DNA of 64,000 bases from an uncultured bacterium. Its GTDB lineage: Bacteria > Verrucomicrobiota > Verrucomicrobiia > Limisphaerales > UBA8199. This document shows positions 1 through 8,506 of this stretch, one piece after another. A program made the position numbers and the translations under genes. Where the stretch lies: assembly GCA_963749495.1 (NCBI GenBank), contig CAVVMW010000023.1:608001-672000 (forward strand), written 5' to 3'. Under the pieces are notes generated by a model. The model did not search any database. It was given only the letters and a program-made list of their open reading frames with translations, and was not told the DNA's origin. Every line of letters starts with the position of its first letter. The first letter of the stretch is position 1.

Positions 1-4
1 GGAT

Positions 5-913
5 TTGGGTGACGAGGTCCTCAGGTTTGGAGGTCCGTTTTATCTGTGCAGGACAAATCATGCCGCCGAGTTTGGCAGCCTCGGGGGGCTTTGTCCAGTC
101 CCACGTTATATCCAATTGATCAGCAACAACTTACGCAATGATCCGCCGAAGCCGTGCCTGGACGACCAGGAAGGCCGACCGATTGATACTGTTTGGACGG
201 ACATACCTCCTATCAATTCTCAAGCTAAGGAACGCCTGGGCTACCCAACTCAAAAGCCACTCGCCCTTCTTGACAGAATCGTAAGGACAAGCAGCAATGA
301 AAACGATATTGTATTAGACGCCTTCTGTGGGTGCGGCACGGCCCTGGTTGCTGCTCAGAAACTCAAACGCCAGTGGATAGGCATTGATATATCACCCACG
401 GCCTGCAGGGTCATGGCAAAGAGGTTGCGGAAGGATTGTGGGCTGCACGAGGACGAGGCTCTATGGAATATTGGCGGTGGCTTTATCGTGCGTGACCTGC
501 CGTGGAGCGAAGAAAAGCTGCGTATCATTCCTCCATTTGAATTCGAGAACTGGGCGGTCATTGCTCTGGGTGGCGTCGTGAACAAGAGGCACGTCGGCGA
601 TATGGGCATTGATGGCCGTATATTTCCAGTAGGAAGGGAGCCAACAGCATTCAAGGATGATGAGCTTGCCTTGCAGGAACGGTGGTATCCAATACAGGTG
701 AAGCAGAAAGATAAAGTTGGCAGGCCGGATATTGACGCCTTCGAGACAGCAATGCGCAGGGGCAAGCGCGAGAAGGGCTTTTTCGTTTCTTTCGGCTATA
801 CCGAAGACGCTTTACAGGAGATAGACCGCTTCTTCAAACAGGACCACGCTATAATTATCCCCCTGACCGTGAAGGAGATTCTGGATGAACATATAGCGAG
901 GAAGCTGGCCTAA
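5..913 (+). CDS. N6/N4 DNA methyltransferase C-terminal part fused to Mrr-like restriction endonuclease domain (5' partial or truncated)
   Basis: VWTDIPPINSQAKERLGYPTQKP and VLDAFCGCGT (SAM motif I); C-terminal GDMGIDG...IQVKQ...FFVSFGYT nuclease pattern. No DPPY/F motif in the window, and the first ~48 codons look unlike an MTase. Confidence 0.8.
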   Translation: MGDEVLRFGGPFYLCRTNHAAEFGSLGGLCPVPRYIQLISNNLRNDPPKPCLDDQEGRPIDTVWTDIPPINSQAKERLGYPTQKPLALLDRIVRTSSNENDIVLDAFCGCGTALVAAQKLKRQWIGIDISPTACRVMAKRLRKDCGLHEDEALWNIGGGFIVRDLPWSEEKLRIIPPFEFENWAVIALGGVVNKRHVGDMGIDGRIFPVGREPTAFKDDELALQERWYPIQVKQKDKVGRPDIDAFETAMRRGKREKGFFVSFGYTEDALQEIDRFFKQDHAIIIPLTVKEILDEHIARKLA

Positions 914-925
914 CCACCAATATGC

Positions 926-1744
926 ATGCAACGAGACCATAGCTATCATATCTGGCCAAGAGATTTAGATTACGCCTTGGCCTTTCGTGCTATAGAGGAG
1001 TTCGCATTGAAGCGTGGCCTCAACTGGGGTAATAACGCCTCTCAACAATATTCTATCAGATTCGACGCCTATGAAAGCGCCCATCCAGGCTCGTTTGACG
1101 AGTTTTTAGGTGCGCTACAACAGGCACGCAGCTTTGAATCGTTGCGCTGTCAGTTGCCATTCGTTGGTTCCAGGAAGTCACCGACTATGACGGTTGCCGT
1201 TGAATATCATCCAAGCCATATTTATGTAGCAATTAACGGCTCACATGATGATATGGTTGTCGCAGCTCATCAGTATATCCGAAAGGAATGGAGATTAGGC
1301 AACCCACCGATACATCGTCCCCAAGAAGGGAGGCCGAGAAATCTCCAAGCTACAATCTCCCTCGGAAAGCATTTTGACTCTGAATCGCAAGCAGCTGCCA
1401 GCACCTTGCGCCGGTTTCTGGAATTACTCCGATTCGACGTGGAAGAGGCCGACGAATATCGAGCATTACCCATACCGGAGAAGGTCCAAAGCCTAATTGA
1501 ACAACAGGACATTTACGTTGGGATTGTGACTGGCCAGCGTGAGCATTCATGGTTGACCGCCGGAGCTGCATTTGCCCAGGGAAGAAAGCGCCATGTTATA
1601 ATGGTGGTGGAAGAGGGAGCAGGCTTCGATCCGACCATTCAAGGCCGTGACTGCGAGCACATTCTGTTTCCAGCAGGTTCAGTCGAAAAAGCATTCATCA
1701 AATTATTACGGGAATTCAAGTCGCTTGGCATTTCTGGACTGTAG
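926..1744 (+). CDS. Protein with C-terminal TIR-like / nucleoside deoxyribosyltransferase-like domain
   Basis: ISLGKHF...RRFLELLRFDV...IPEKVQSLIEQQDIYVGIVT...SWLTAGAAFAQG...VIMVVEEG matches the TIR-like Rossmannoid pattern; 12 nt after the MTase stop. Confidence 0.6.
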   Translation: MQRDHSYHIWPRDLDYALAFRAIEEFALKRGLNWGNNASQQYSIRFDAYESAHPGSFDEFLGALQQARSFESLRCQLPFVGSRKSPTMTVAVEYHPSHIYVAINGSHDDMVVAAHQYIRKEWRLGNPPIHRPQEGRPRNLQATISLGKHFDSESQAAASTLRRFLELLRFDVEEADEYRALPIPEKVQSLIEQQDIYVGIVTGQREHSWLTAGAAFAQGRKRHVIMVVEEGAGFDPTIQGRDCEHILFPAGSVEKAFIKLLREFKSLGISGL

Positions 1745-1910
1745 CGTGGGGCCTTTGGTGGGCGTCGCCGCTATCTATACAAATCGCTCGATAAAGGCCC
1801 TAAGAGACGTGTTCTTTGGCTATGGGCAGCGGTGGACATCATTGGCACGTTGTTGATAGAGGCTTGTGCGACTTATGGAGGGCCCCTATGTGCTATTGTC
1901 GTCAGGGGCC

Positions 1911-2050
1911 TTATTTAGCACTACGATCAACCTGCTTAAGCGCCTTAAGTAATGCACGGCAGAATTGATAAGCAACGCGAGGTGGTTTACCGGCTCTGTC
2001 AGTGGACGCTATTCTGAGCTCAGGGGGCAGTTCTATATGAAATGCTAACC
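1911..2050 (-). pseudogene. 3' fragment of IS-interrupted N-formylglutamate amidohydrolase-like gene
   Basis: With the IS removed the frame reads WLA-FHIELPPELRIASTDRAGKPPRVAYQFCRALLKALKQVDRSAK*, stop at 1911-1913. Confidence 0.8.
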
Positions 2051-3729
2051 GACTGGTCAGCAGAATGTATGGGTAAGTCGAGGCTCAGGTAAGCGGCCAA
2101 GGCAATGATACAGGGCCAATTCCATGGCTGGATAGGTGCGGAAGCCGTAAGATCGTCTGGTTACCACTCGAATCTTGTTGTTCAGGCCCTCGACGGCGGC
2201 GCTGGAGAGCTCACCTTTGGCCTCGAACCAATTCAAGATCAACGGCTCATGGGCGCGCAGCATCCGGGCCACCTTCTTCATTGGTTCGAGCCGGCTGCGC
2301 ATGGCTCGAGCGCACCAATAACCCAGATAGGCCACCACATAGATCGGAGAACGGTAGTGCCAAAGGTAGTCGAAGCTCTCCTTGAGGTTCCAGGCCCGTG
2401 CCGTCGCCAGCTTGCTGGCCAACAGGGCGTTGAGCTTGGAGCGGGCACGGCCCCGCACCCGGCTGCCCCGGCGCAACAACTGCCAGCGCATGCCCTTGAG
2501 CCGCTGAGCCAGGGGCCGGCCGTGCAAGCGCGACTGCTCGCCCCGGCGCACCTCGTCCACCGCCTCGTTGAGGTGCCCCACGATATGAAAGCGGTCCAGC
2601 ACGTTGAGCGCCTGCGGTATCTTGGCCGCGATCACCTTCAGGTAGGGCTTCCACATGTCGCTGCACACATACTTCAGAGCGCTGACCACCGGGGCTCCCA
2701 ATTCTGCCAAGCCCCGCCGCAACGTGGCTTGAGTGCGCCGCCGACCCAGCCACAGCAAGCGCCGACAGTGGGGGTCAATCTGGTAAATCACCGTCAGGAA
2801 GTTGTCGGCCTTCTGGCCCTTGCCCCAATGGATCTCGTCCACTCCGATGGCCTCCACACCCTCCAGGCGCCGGTGCTCCAAACCCCATTGGACGAACCAC
2901 TGCACCGAACGGTAAACGGCCTCCCAACTGGTGTGGAAGGCCTGGGCGGTTTCCTTCCAGGACAGCCGCCGGGCCCACCGGGCCAAGAGGCCCATCATCG
3001 CCGTCGTCACCGGCCGCTTGCCCTGGCTCCAGGGGATATGCTCGACAACCACCCCGTCCTGCGGACAATTGACCCGCCGCGGGGGGTAGAGGAAATAGGT
3101 CTTGACGCCCCACATCGGCGGAAACAGCCAGGACCGCTGGGGCAACTGATCATAGCCGGGGACTGGCTGCAGGCACCGGGAGCACTTGGCGGGAATGCCG
3201 CCATGGGGTTGGAGGGTGATCTCGAGCCGCCGGCCACGGCCTCGGCGGTCCCGGCACAAGCGGATGTCCTGGTAAACGAAGCCCACAAAGTGTTGAATGT
3301 CGTTGAGAACCGTCTTAACCTTCAATTGCATAGCTGGTCTGCCGCTCGGTGGCGGGCGTGCTTTTCACATCTCGCAGGCTACCGCAAGCCAGGCAGATCA
3401 GCTATCGCTTTGTGGCGCTGGGCAGCCCTCCGAGCCAAGCACACCTTCACCAGCAATTCCTTAGCGGCGCATCATGGCGGAGGGCGGGGCTGTCAAGGTG
3501 GAGCGCAGCAGGGCACGAGGGCACGTGGCGAGCAATACCTTGACAGCCCCGCCCGGAGCCATACCCTGGCCGCGCCGGAATTGCTTGAAGTCCTTCTCCG
3601 GCCGTTAGGCCGCTCGATTCGTCGCGGAGCGTGCCGCGGGATGTTCCACGACCGCCCAACTCACCAACGTCAACCCTCCGAACTGAACACGTGTCCAGAT
3701 GTTTCACCCACAAATTGTGCGGGGGACCC
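2051..3729 (-). mobile_element. ISL3-family insertion sequence (1679 bp)
   Basis: 8-bp direct repeat TGCTAACC at 2043-2050 and 3730-3737; imperfect terminal IRs (core GCAGAATGTATGGGT vs GCACAATTTGTGGGT); ISL3 transposase inside. Confidence 0.93.
2057..3331 (-). CDS. ISL3 family transposase
   Basis: Zn-finger CSRC...C, IGVDE, CSDMWKPY, LDRFHI, AVEGLNNKIRVVTRRSYGFR. Confidence 0.95.
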   Translation of the reverse strand: MQLKVKTVLNDIQHFVGFVYQDIRLCRDRRGRGRRLEITLQPHGGIPAKCSRCLQPVPGYDQLPQRSWLFPPMWGVKTYFLYPPRRVNCPQDGVVVEHIPWSQGKRPVTTAMMGLLARWARRLSWKETAQAFHTSWEAVYRSVQWFVQWGLEHRRLEGVEAIGVDEIHWGKGQKADNFLTVIYQIDPHCRRLLWLGRRRTQATLRRGLAELGAPVVSALKYVCSDMWKPYLKVIAAKIPQALNVLDRFHIVGHLNEAVDEVRRGEQSRLHGRPLAQRLKGMRWQLLRRGSRVRGRARSKLNALLASKLATARAWNLKESFDYLWHYRSPIYVVAYLGYWCARAMRSRLEPMKKVARMLRAHEPLILNWFEAKGELSSAAVEGLNNKIRVVTRRSYGFRTYPAMELALYHCLGRLPEPRLTHTFC

Positions 3730-4242
3730 TGCTAACCATGGGCCCTTGGAAATCGTGACGGAATCGCTCGCCTTGAAATATATCTTGTCGTATTCGCCGC
3801 AAATAGATAGGTGTTTGAGACCATCGGCAGTTGATAGCTTGGACTTCAACGCCTCCGCAAGTGCTCTGGAGAAGGCATCCTTCTTGGAGCTGCCAGACGA
3901 GATTTCAATATCGCTCTTTGCGCTAATGGCACCGTGTCCATGAATTTCGATTACGACAGTTGGGTTCCAACGTGCAATCTGCGTCGTGTAATCGCTATTC
4001 AGTGACTTATTCACGTCCATGGTGTAGTTGCATCCGATGATACTGCAACAGCCCATCCTCTCTGCAAGATAGCGGCCCAGGAAACCGGCGTTCTCATCCG
4101 AGTCTCTGTGTTCTCGACATGGGAGGATCGTCTTGCCAGCAGGAGCATGATGGGGAACGCCAATTACAATATCCTTGCGGGGGCGCTCTTCGATGATAAG
4201 AAGAGACGGCTCGGTGGCTTTTAGAATCAATTTCACATTCAT
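3730..4242 (-). pseudogene. 5' fragment of IS-interrupted N-formylglutamate amidohydrolase-like (Zn-peptidase fold) gene
   Basis: IVIGVPH, DSDENAG, DVNK, VIEIHG motifs; joined product is 214 aa. Confidence 0.7.
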
Positions 4243-4313
4243 ACCAAAACCCTTCGTACGTGCGTCGTGGATGTATTGGGAAAAGGCGGCCGATGAAGCA
4301 ATGGCCGAGACCC

Positions 4314-4919
4314 TCAATCGGGGAGCTTATTGGCTAATCGCTCAATTTCGGAGGCTATGGTTCTTACCTGTTGGTAGTTGTCGTCGAAATGATACATCAC
4401 GTTATCAAACTCGTCCGACTGTTGACCATTTTGGTCTAAGTCGTCTCTCATAATCGAGGCTCTGAGCCCAAACCGTTGCAGATACTTTTGAATATTCGGA
4501 TACCGAATATCTGGCGGGTCTGTATCTTTCCAGTTCTTGATAAAGTCGCGTATTTGCTGTGCCAAGATGAGTGCGGTCTTTTTCAGCGGCATCATATCCC
4601 TCGACCGATAAATTCGTAATTGCTCAACTTGCTTAGTGAGTTTATCATTAGCTCGGATAAGGGTAGCCTTTTCCTCTTTGATAAGGTCTATGGTTGCATC
4701 CTTTTGTTTTATCTCTCCATCCCTCCCTGGAAGGACGAAGTGTTGATACAGGCCGTGGCATGCCAGGAATCCAAGCACAACGAGGACACAAACGAATTCC
4801 CAGGCCGATTTGACGATGGAGCATTGCTTCTCGAAACAGCTCAGGAATGAATGAAGCCAGTGTTTCGGGACCTCCTCTTTGGGTTGCTCTGCCGAGGTTT
4901 TATGTTCGTGGGAATCCAT
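4314..4919 (-). CDS. Hypothetical protein with one transmembrane segment and a coiled coil
   Basis: 201 aa ORF; hydrophobic FVCVLVVLGFLAC followed by heptad-like EIKQKDATIDLIKEEKATLIRANDKLTKQVEQL. Confidence 0.65.
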   Translation of the reverse strand: MDSHEHKTSAEQPKEEVPKHWLHSFLSCFEKQCSIVKSAWEFVCVLVVLGFLACHGLYQHFVLPGRDGEIKQKDATIDLIKEEKATLIRANDKLTKQVEQLRIYRSRDMMPLKKTALILAQQIRDFIKNWKDTDPPDIRYPNIQKYLQRFGLRASIMRDDLDQNGQQSDEFDNVMYHFDDNYQQVRTIASEIERLANKLPD

Positions 4920-4930
4920 ATTGCAGACGA

Positions 4931-5125
4931 TTAGAATCCTTGGTGTTGTTTCTGCTCGTCGTGGTTTACATCCCAGCCAAGCGCCGTAAAGAATTTGTCG
5001 ATGAAGTCCTTCCGCACTTCCGATTCTTGATAATGTGGGGAAAGATAATGGCCCTTGTTGGCATCGAAGTCGGCTGCCAAGCCCTTCACCTTTTCAAAGG
5101 CTTCTTCAAATGAAGGCGGTTTCAT
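4931..5125 (-). pseudogene. N-terminal remnant of a type IIG (Eco57I-like) restriction-modification enzyme
   Basis: YQESEVRKDFIDKFFTALGWDV is typical of the N-terminal nuclease domain of these fusions; stops after 64 aa. Confidence 0.75.
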
Positions 5126-5612
5126 CGCCAGTATTTCTACAAAGAAACGACTGCAACTGCAAGCCCCATGGAGACGGAACCTCGTAGCTGTGGATAATCG
5201 CCAGCATGACTGGCCTGTTCATCGTCGCCGTCCAGTCCAGGTTCACGAGACCTGCCCTTCGCCCACCATTGGCTCTTCAGGGCCCTTGCTGCCGTCTGCT
5301 CCTGCCTTGATGTCCGTTGACCAGCGGCGAGGTCCGAGGCCAAGGTGGATGGAGCGGCCGAGCTCAGTGCTGATTGTGAGGATGGAGGCAGCGCCGGGTG
5401 ACTCCTTTATTGGCTCGCCCTTGAAGCGTGGACGGGCTCAGGAGCGATTCTGGCGGCCGGGAGGCAGGAAGGGAGAGCCTGGAGGTTGGCGAGCGGAGGA
5501 AGGGGCGGCGGCGGCGGATAAAGGGGATATGCCTGGGATGTCTAAACGATGTTCTTTGGCTGGTGACCATCGCCCTTCAAGAAACCCCAATGTTTACAGG
5601 GGTTTTAAGCGT

Positions 5613-5930
5613 CTAACCGCCAGACCTGTCTAACCGATACTTCTTGCCGTAGTAGTCCGTCCAGGTGATAGCGCGCGGCGCCCAGGCCGGGTTCGAGCTG
5701 GGGGCGTTGTCGCCATTGGGCTCGGCAGGGCGCGTATCGAGCACGTTGACCCGGACATCGACTTCGCCAAAACCGCGGCTGATCCGGAAGCGGCGTCCGC
5801 CCAGCAGGAAATCCTCGTTGGTATGGGAGCGGCAGGCGGTGAACGGAAACCGGCTCAGGATGGCCACGTGGATGTTGGTGTCGAAACCGGCCACGTGCTC
5901 CTTGTAAGGCAAGTCGAGGCCCCGGGCCAT
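5613..5930 (-). pseudogene. Fragment of endonuclease/exonuclease/phosphatase (EEP) family gene
   Basis: DTNIHVAILSRFP...SRGFGEVDVRVN joined directly to DTRPAE...ITWTDYYGK; catalytic segments missing. Confidence 0.6.
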
Positions 5931-5970
5931 TTGCCGGCCAGTCCCGTCCCGGGTTCGCTGAGCGGCTTTG

Positions 5971-6207
5971 TTTTCCGCGTATTCCGCGTATTCCGCGGTT
6001 GCCCTCAGTCGCCATAGCCGTATCGGCCCCGCTCCGCCACGATGCGCTCAATTTGGACCTTGGGATAATGGCCAAAGTTGACCAACAGCGCGAGCTTGAA
6101 CTTGGTCGCCTTGAGGGAGTTTTGAATAAGATTGGTTTTCATGGCCGGCGAGGCAAGCAAAGCTCCGAAGAAGAATGAACCGCGGAATACGCGGAATACG
6201 CGGAAAA
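5971..6207. repeat. 30-bp perfect inverted repeat built of 9-bp units (CGCGGAATA)
   Basis: 5971-6000 TTTTCCGCGTATTCCGCGTATTCCGCGGTT is the reverse complement of 6178-6207. Confidence 0.9.
6005..6124 (-). pseudogene. C-terminal remnant of GxxExxY (PD-(D/E)xK) protein
   Basis: Manual translation QNSLKATKFKLALLVNFGHYPKVQIERIVAERGRYGYGD* resembles the family ending NYLKAT...LLVNFG. Confidence 0.75.
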
Positions 6208-6306
6208 AAATGAACAGGTCTAATGCTTACTATTTTGTCCCGCACTCGATCTGGTCTCTGGCGTTTTCCACTTGGTTCCGGGAGCGGATGGGTTATGCTG
6301 AAGGCG

Positions 6307-7152
6307 ATGACGCCGAAGACCGCACCTGCGATTGCCGCCGCTGAGGGCGCGCCTGGGGCGCGGCTTTGCACATGCCGCTCCCTTGATAAGGGCCAGGCCG
6401 GATTTACCCTCATTGAACTGCTGGTGGTCATCGCCATCATCGCCATCCTGGCGGCGATGCTCCTGCCCGCGCTGGGGAAGGCCAAGGCGGCGGCACAACG
6501 GACCGCCTGCATGAACGATCTCAAACAACTGGGCGTATCCGTGCGCCTGTATGTTGAGGACTTCGCCTGCTACCCTCCCCGCCCCATCTCTGGCGACACC
6601 GCCCACTGGCCGGCGGCCTTGTTCGGCTACTACCGGAACACCAACCTGCTGGTTTGCCCTTCGGAATTGGCACTCTACGGCAAGCTCCCGGGCAACAACG
6701 CCGCCGGCGGCACTGACTATCCCTACTATCAGGCCGACAATGCCGCCTGCAGCTATATCATGAACGGCTGGAATGACGCCTTTCCAAATGATTGGCAGGC
6801 CAAAACCATCTCCATGAAAGAGAGCCAAATGCTCAAGCCGGCGGAAACCATCATTATAGGGGAGCGCAGGCACTCGGATCAGGACGACTTCTGGATGGAC
6901 ATTTTTGAAAACGAAAATGGCGGGATGAATAATCTCATTTACGGCGTCCAGCACGCGCGTCACGGCGGCCATAAACCCTCTCCCTCCGGCGGTTCCAACT
7001 ATCTCTATGGCAACGCCGGGGTGCGTTACCGGAAATTCGCCTTGGACGCCTTTCCCGTTAACCAGTGGGTCTCCGGCACCGACCAGGCTCGCCTCCAGCA
7101 AGCCATCCCGCTGTCGCAGCTCCTCAATTCCCCCGGCCTGGGCCGTGATTAG
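6307..7152 (+). CDS. Prepilin-type N-terminal cleavage/methylation, DUF1559-family protein (copy 1)
   Basis: [30 protein letters not shown]...[12 protein letters not shown] motif; degenerate H-X9-DG end ([22 protein letters not shown]). Start chosen 7 nt after TATGCT. Confidence 0.92.
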   Translation: MTPKTAPAIAAAEGAPGARLCTCRSLDKGQAGFTLIELLVVIAIIAILAAMLLPALGKAKAAAQRTACMNDLKQLGVSVRLYVEDFACYPPRPISGDTAHWPAALFGYYRNTNLLVCPSELALYGKLPGNNAAGGTDYPYYQADNAACSYIMNGWNDAFPNDWQAKTISMKESQMLKPAETIIIGERRHSDQDDFWMDIFENENGGMNNLIYGVQHARHGGHKPSPSGGSNYLYGNAGVRYRKFALDAFPVNQWVSGTDQARLQQAIPLSQLLNSPGLGRD

Positions 7153-7200
7153 GGGCGGTGCCGGATTCTTTCACTTGACAGTGACTCCAAGAAGAAGCCG

Positions 7201-8259
7201 TCACATCTCAACATTTGACAATTGCGATTCAATGCCCCGCAATTCGCGCCGCAACCCTGTCTCCTTTTCCAGCCGTTTGCCGAACCGGCTCACCGCCTGC
7301 CCCACCGCCGCGTAGTCCATGTCCCCCGCCAAGCGACCCAACTGCGCCAGGCCCAACCGCGCCTGCCGCCGCCCTAGCCACAGCGCCGCGTCGCGTCCCC
7401 AATCACCGTGCCGGCCGCTGAACTCAGCCCAGCTCTGTCCCTTGGCCCGCTCCAAGGCCGAAACGATCTGGCACCACGCCACCGGCCGGCTTAGCCCCTT
7501 GAGTTGCGCCTGCTCCCGGGGGTTGCCGCCACTCTCCTGGCGCAGACGCCGCGCAAAAGCCTCCGTACCCAGCACGATGCCCGCAACCAGCCGGTCCCAG
7601 GGCCGTGCGACGGCGCCTTCCCTCACAGCCTGCTCCGTGTACTCCCGCAACGCCGCCCGGCGCTCCGCCTCAGTGTGGCCGCCGCACAACCGCGCCAGCG
7701 GCTCCGCGCACACCCAGGCCAAACCAGCGCTGTAACCGGCATAGCCCCGGTAAGAGCTCCACTCAAACTCACGCAAGAGTCGGAGCCTCTCAGCCAGGGC
7801 TTCCGGGCTGGGCCTGGGAACCGGAACCACGCCCGCGCGCCCAGCGGCGCGCCCCCGCTTGTCCAACCCCATCCCTGCGACCCGCGCCGGGTTCAGGTGA
7901 ACGTAACGGGCCACTTCCTGCCAACCAGCATTGTCCTCCACCACCACCGCCCGGAAGCGCCCTTGGAACAAATGCCCCGCCCGATGATGGCGCCGGTTAA
8001 ACCATCCGCTGTAGCTCACGCCCAGCCACTGCATCGCCCGGCTCAGGTTGGCCTCGGGCGTCTCCAGCAGCAGGTGAAAATGATTGTCCATCAGGACATA
8101 GGCGTGAACTCTGGCTCCGAAGCGCTCGCCCAGGTCCGCCAGCAACTCCAAAAAATGGAAACGGTCCGCATCCTCGCGGAAAATGGGCTTGCGTTCGTTG
8201 CCACGGACGGTGACGTGGCAGCGGCCGCCGGGCCGCTCGATGCGCAATGCGCGTGCCAT
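7201..8259 (-). CDS. REP-associated tyrosine transposase (RAYT/Y1 HUH) with C-terminal DnaA_C-like HTH
   Basis: MARALRIE..G..HVTVRGN, HAYVLMDNHFHLL (HUH), GHLFQGRF, YVHLNP, WSSYRGY; C-terminal RDAALWL...LGRLAGDMDYAAV. Confidence 0.92.
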   Translation of the reverse strand: MARALRIERPGGRCHVTVRGNERKPIFREDADRFHFLELLADLGERFGARVHAYVLMDNHFHLLLETPEANLSRAMQWLGVSYSGWFNRRHHRAGHLFQGRFRAVVVEDNAGWQEVARYVHLNPARVAGMGLDKRGRAAGRAGVVPVPRPSPEALAERLRLLREFEWSSYRGYAGYSAGLAWVCAEPLARLCGGHTEAERRAALREYTEQAVREGAVARPWDRLVAGIVLGTEAFARRLRQESGGNPREQAQLKGLSRPVAWCQIVSALERAKGQSWAEFSGRHGDWGRDAALWLGRRQARLGLAQLGRLAGDMDYAAVGQAVSRFGKRLEKETGLRRELRGIESQLSNVEM

Positions 8260-8312
8260 GACGCGAGCAGAGCAGCGCCACAGGGCAAGGTCAAGCCCAA
8301 ATGTCAAATGTT

Positions 8313-8482
8313 GATTCTGCTGAAAAACCCCTCTGATCAAAAAGAGACAGTGAAAAAGACCATGTCTGATGTATCCCTCGGTCATTCAAATCGCGTACAG
8401 ACCAAATTAGCGCGTAAGAATTCCCGACACTTTTCATGCACCTCCGCTTATCTCCAAAAACAGGGGGTTTTTCTGCGGAATC
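8313..8482. mobile_element. MITE-like insertion (~170 bp) in the RAYT upstream end
   Basis: IRs GATTCTGCTGAAAAACCCC / GGGGTTTTTCTGCGGAATC; duplicated flank TCAAATGTTGA (8304-8314, 8481-8491); an uninterrupted version occurs near 17347-17382. Confidence 0.75.
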
Positions 8483-8506
8483 AAATGTTGAGATGTGACC
8501 CCTGTC

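Larger units (their letters stand above)
7200..8499. mobile_element. RAYT locus bounded by 19-bp inverted repeats
   Basis: GTCACATCTCAACATTTGA (7200-7218) is the exact reverse complement of TCAAATGTTGAGATGTGAC (8481-8499). Confidence 0.7.

Noticed and set aside
2105..3943. 612-aa plus-strand ORF
   Set aside because: Antisense shadow of the ISL3 transposase; no recognisable motifs.
5137..5633. Short ORFs in 5.1-5.6 kb
   Set aside because: No motifs and conflicting frames; cannot be supported.
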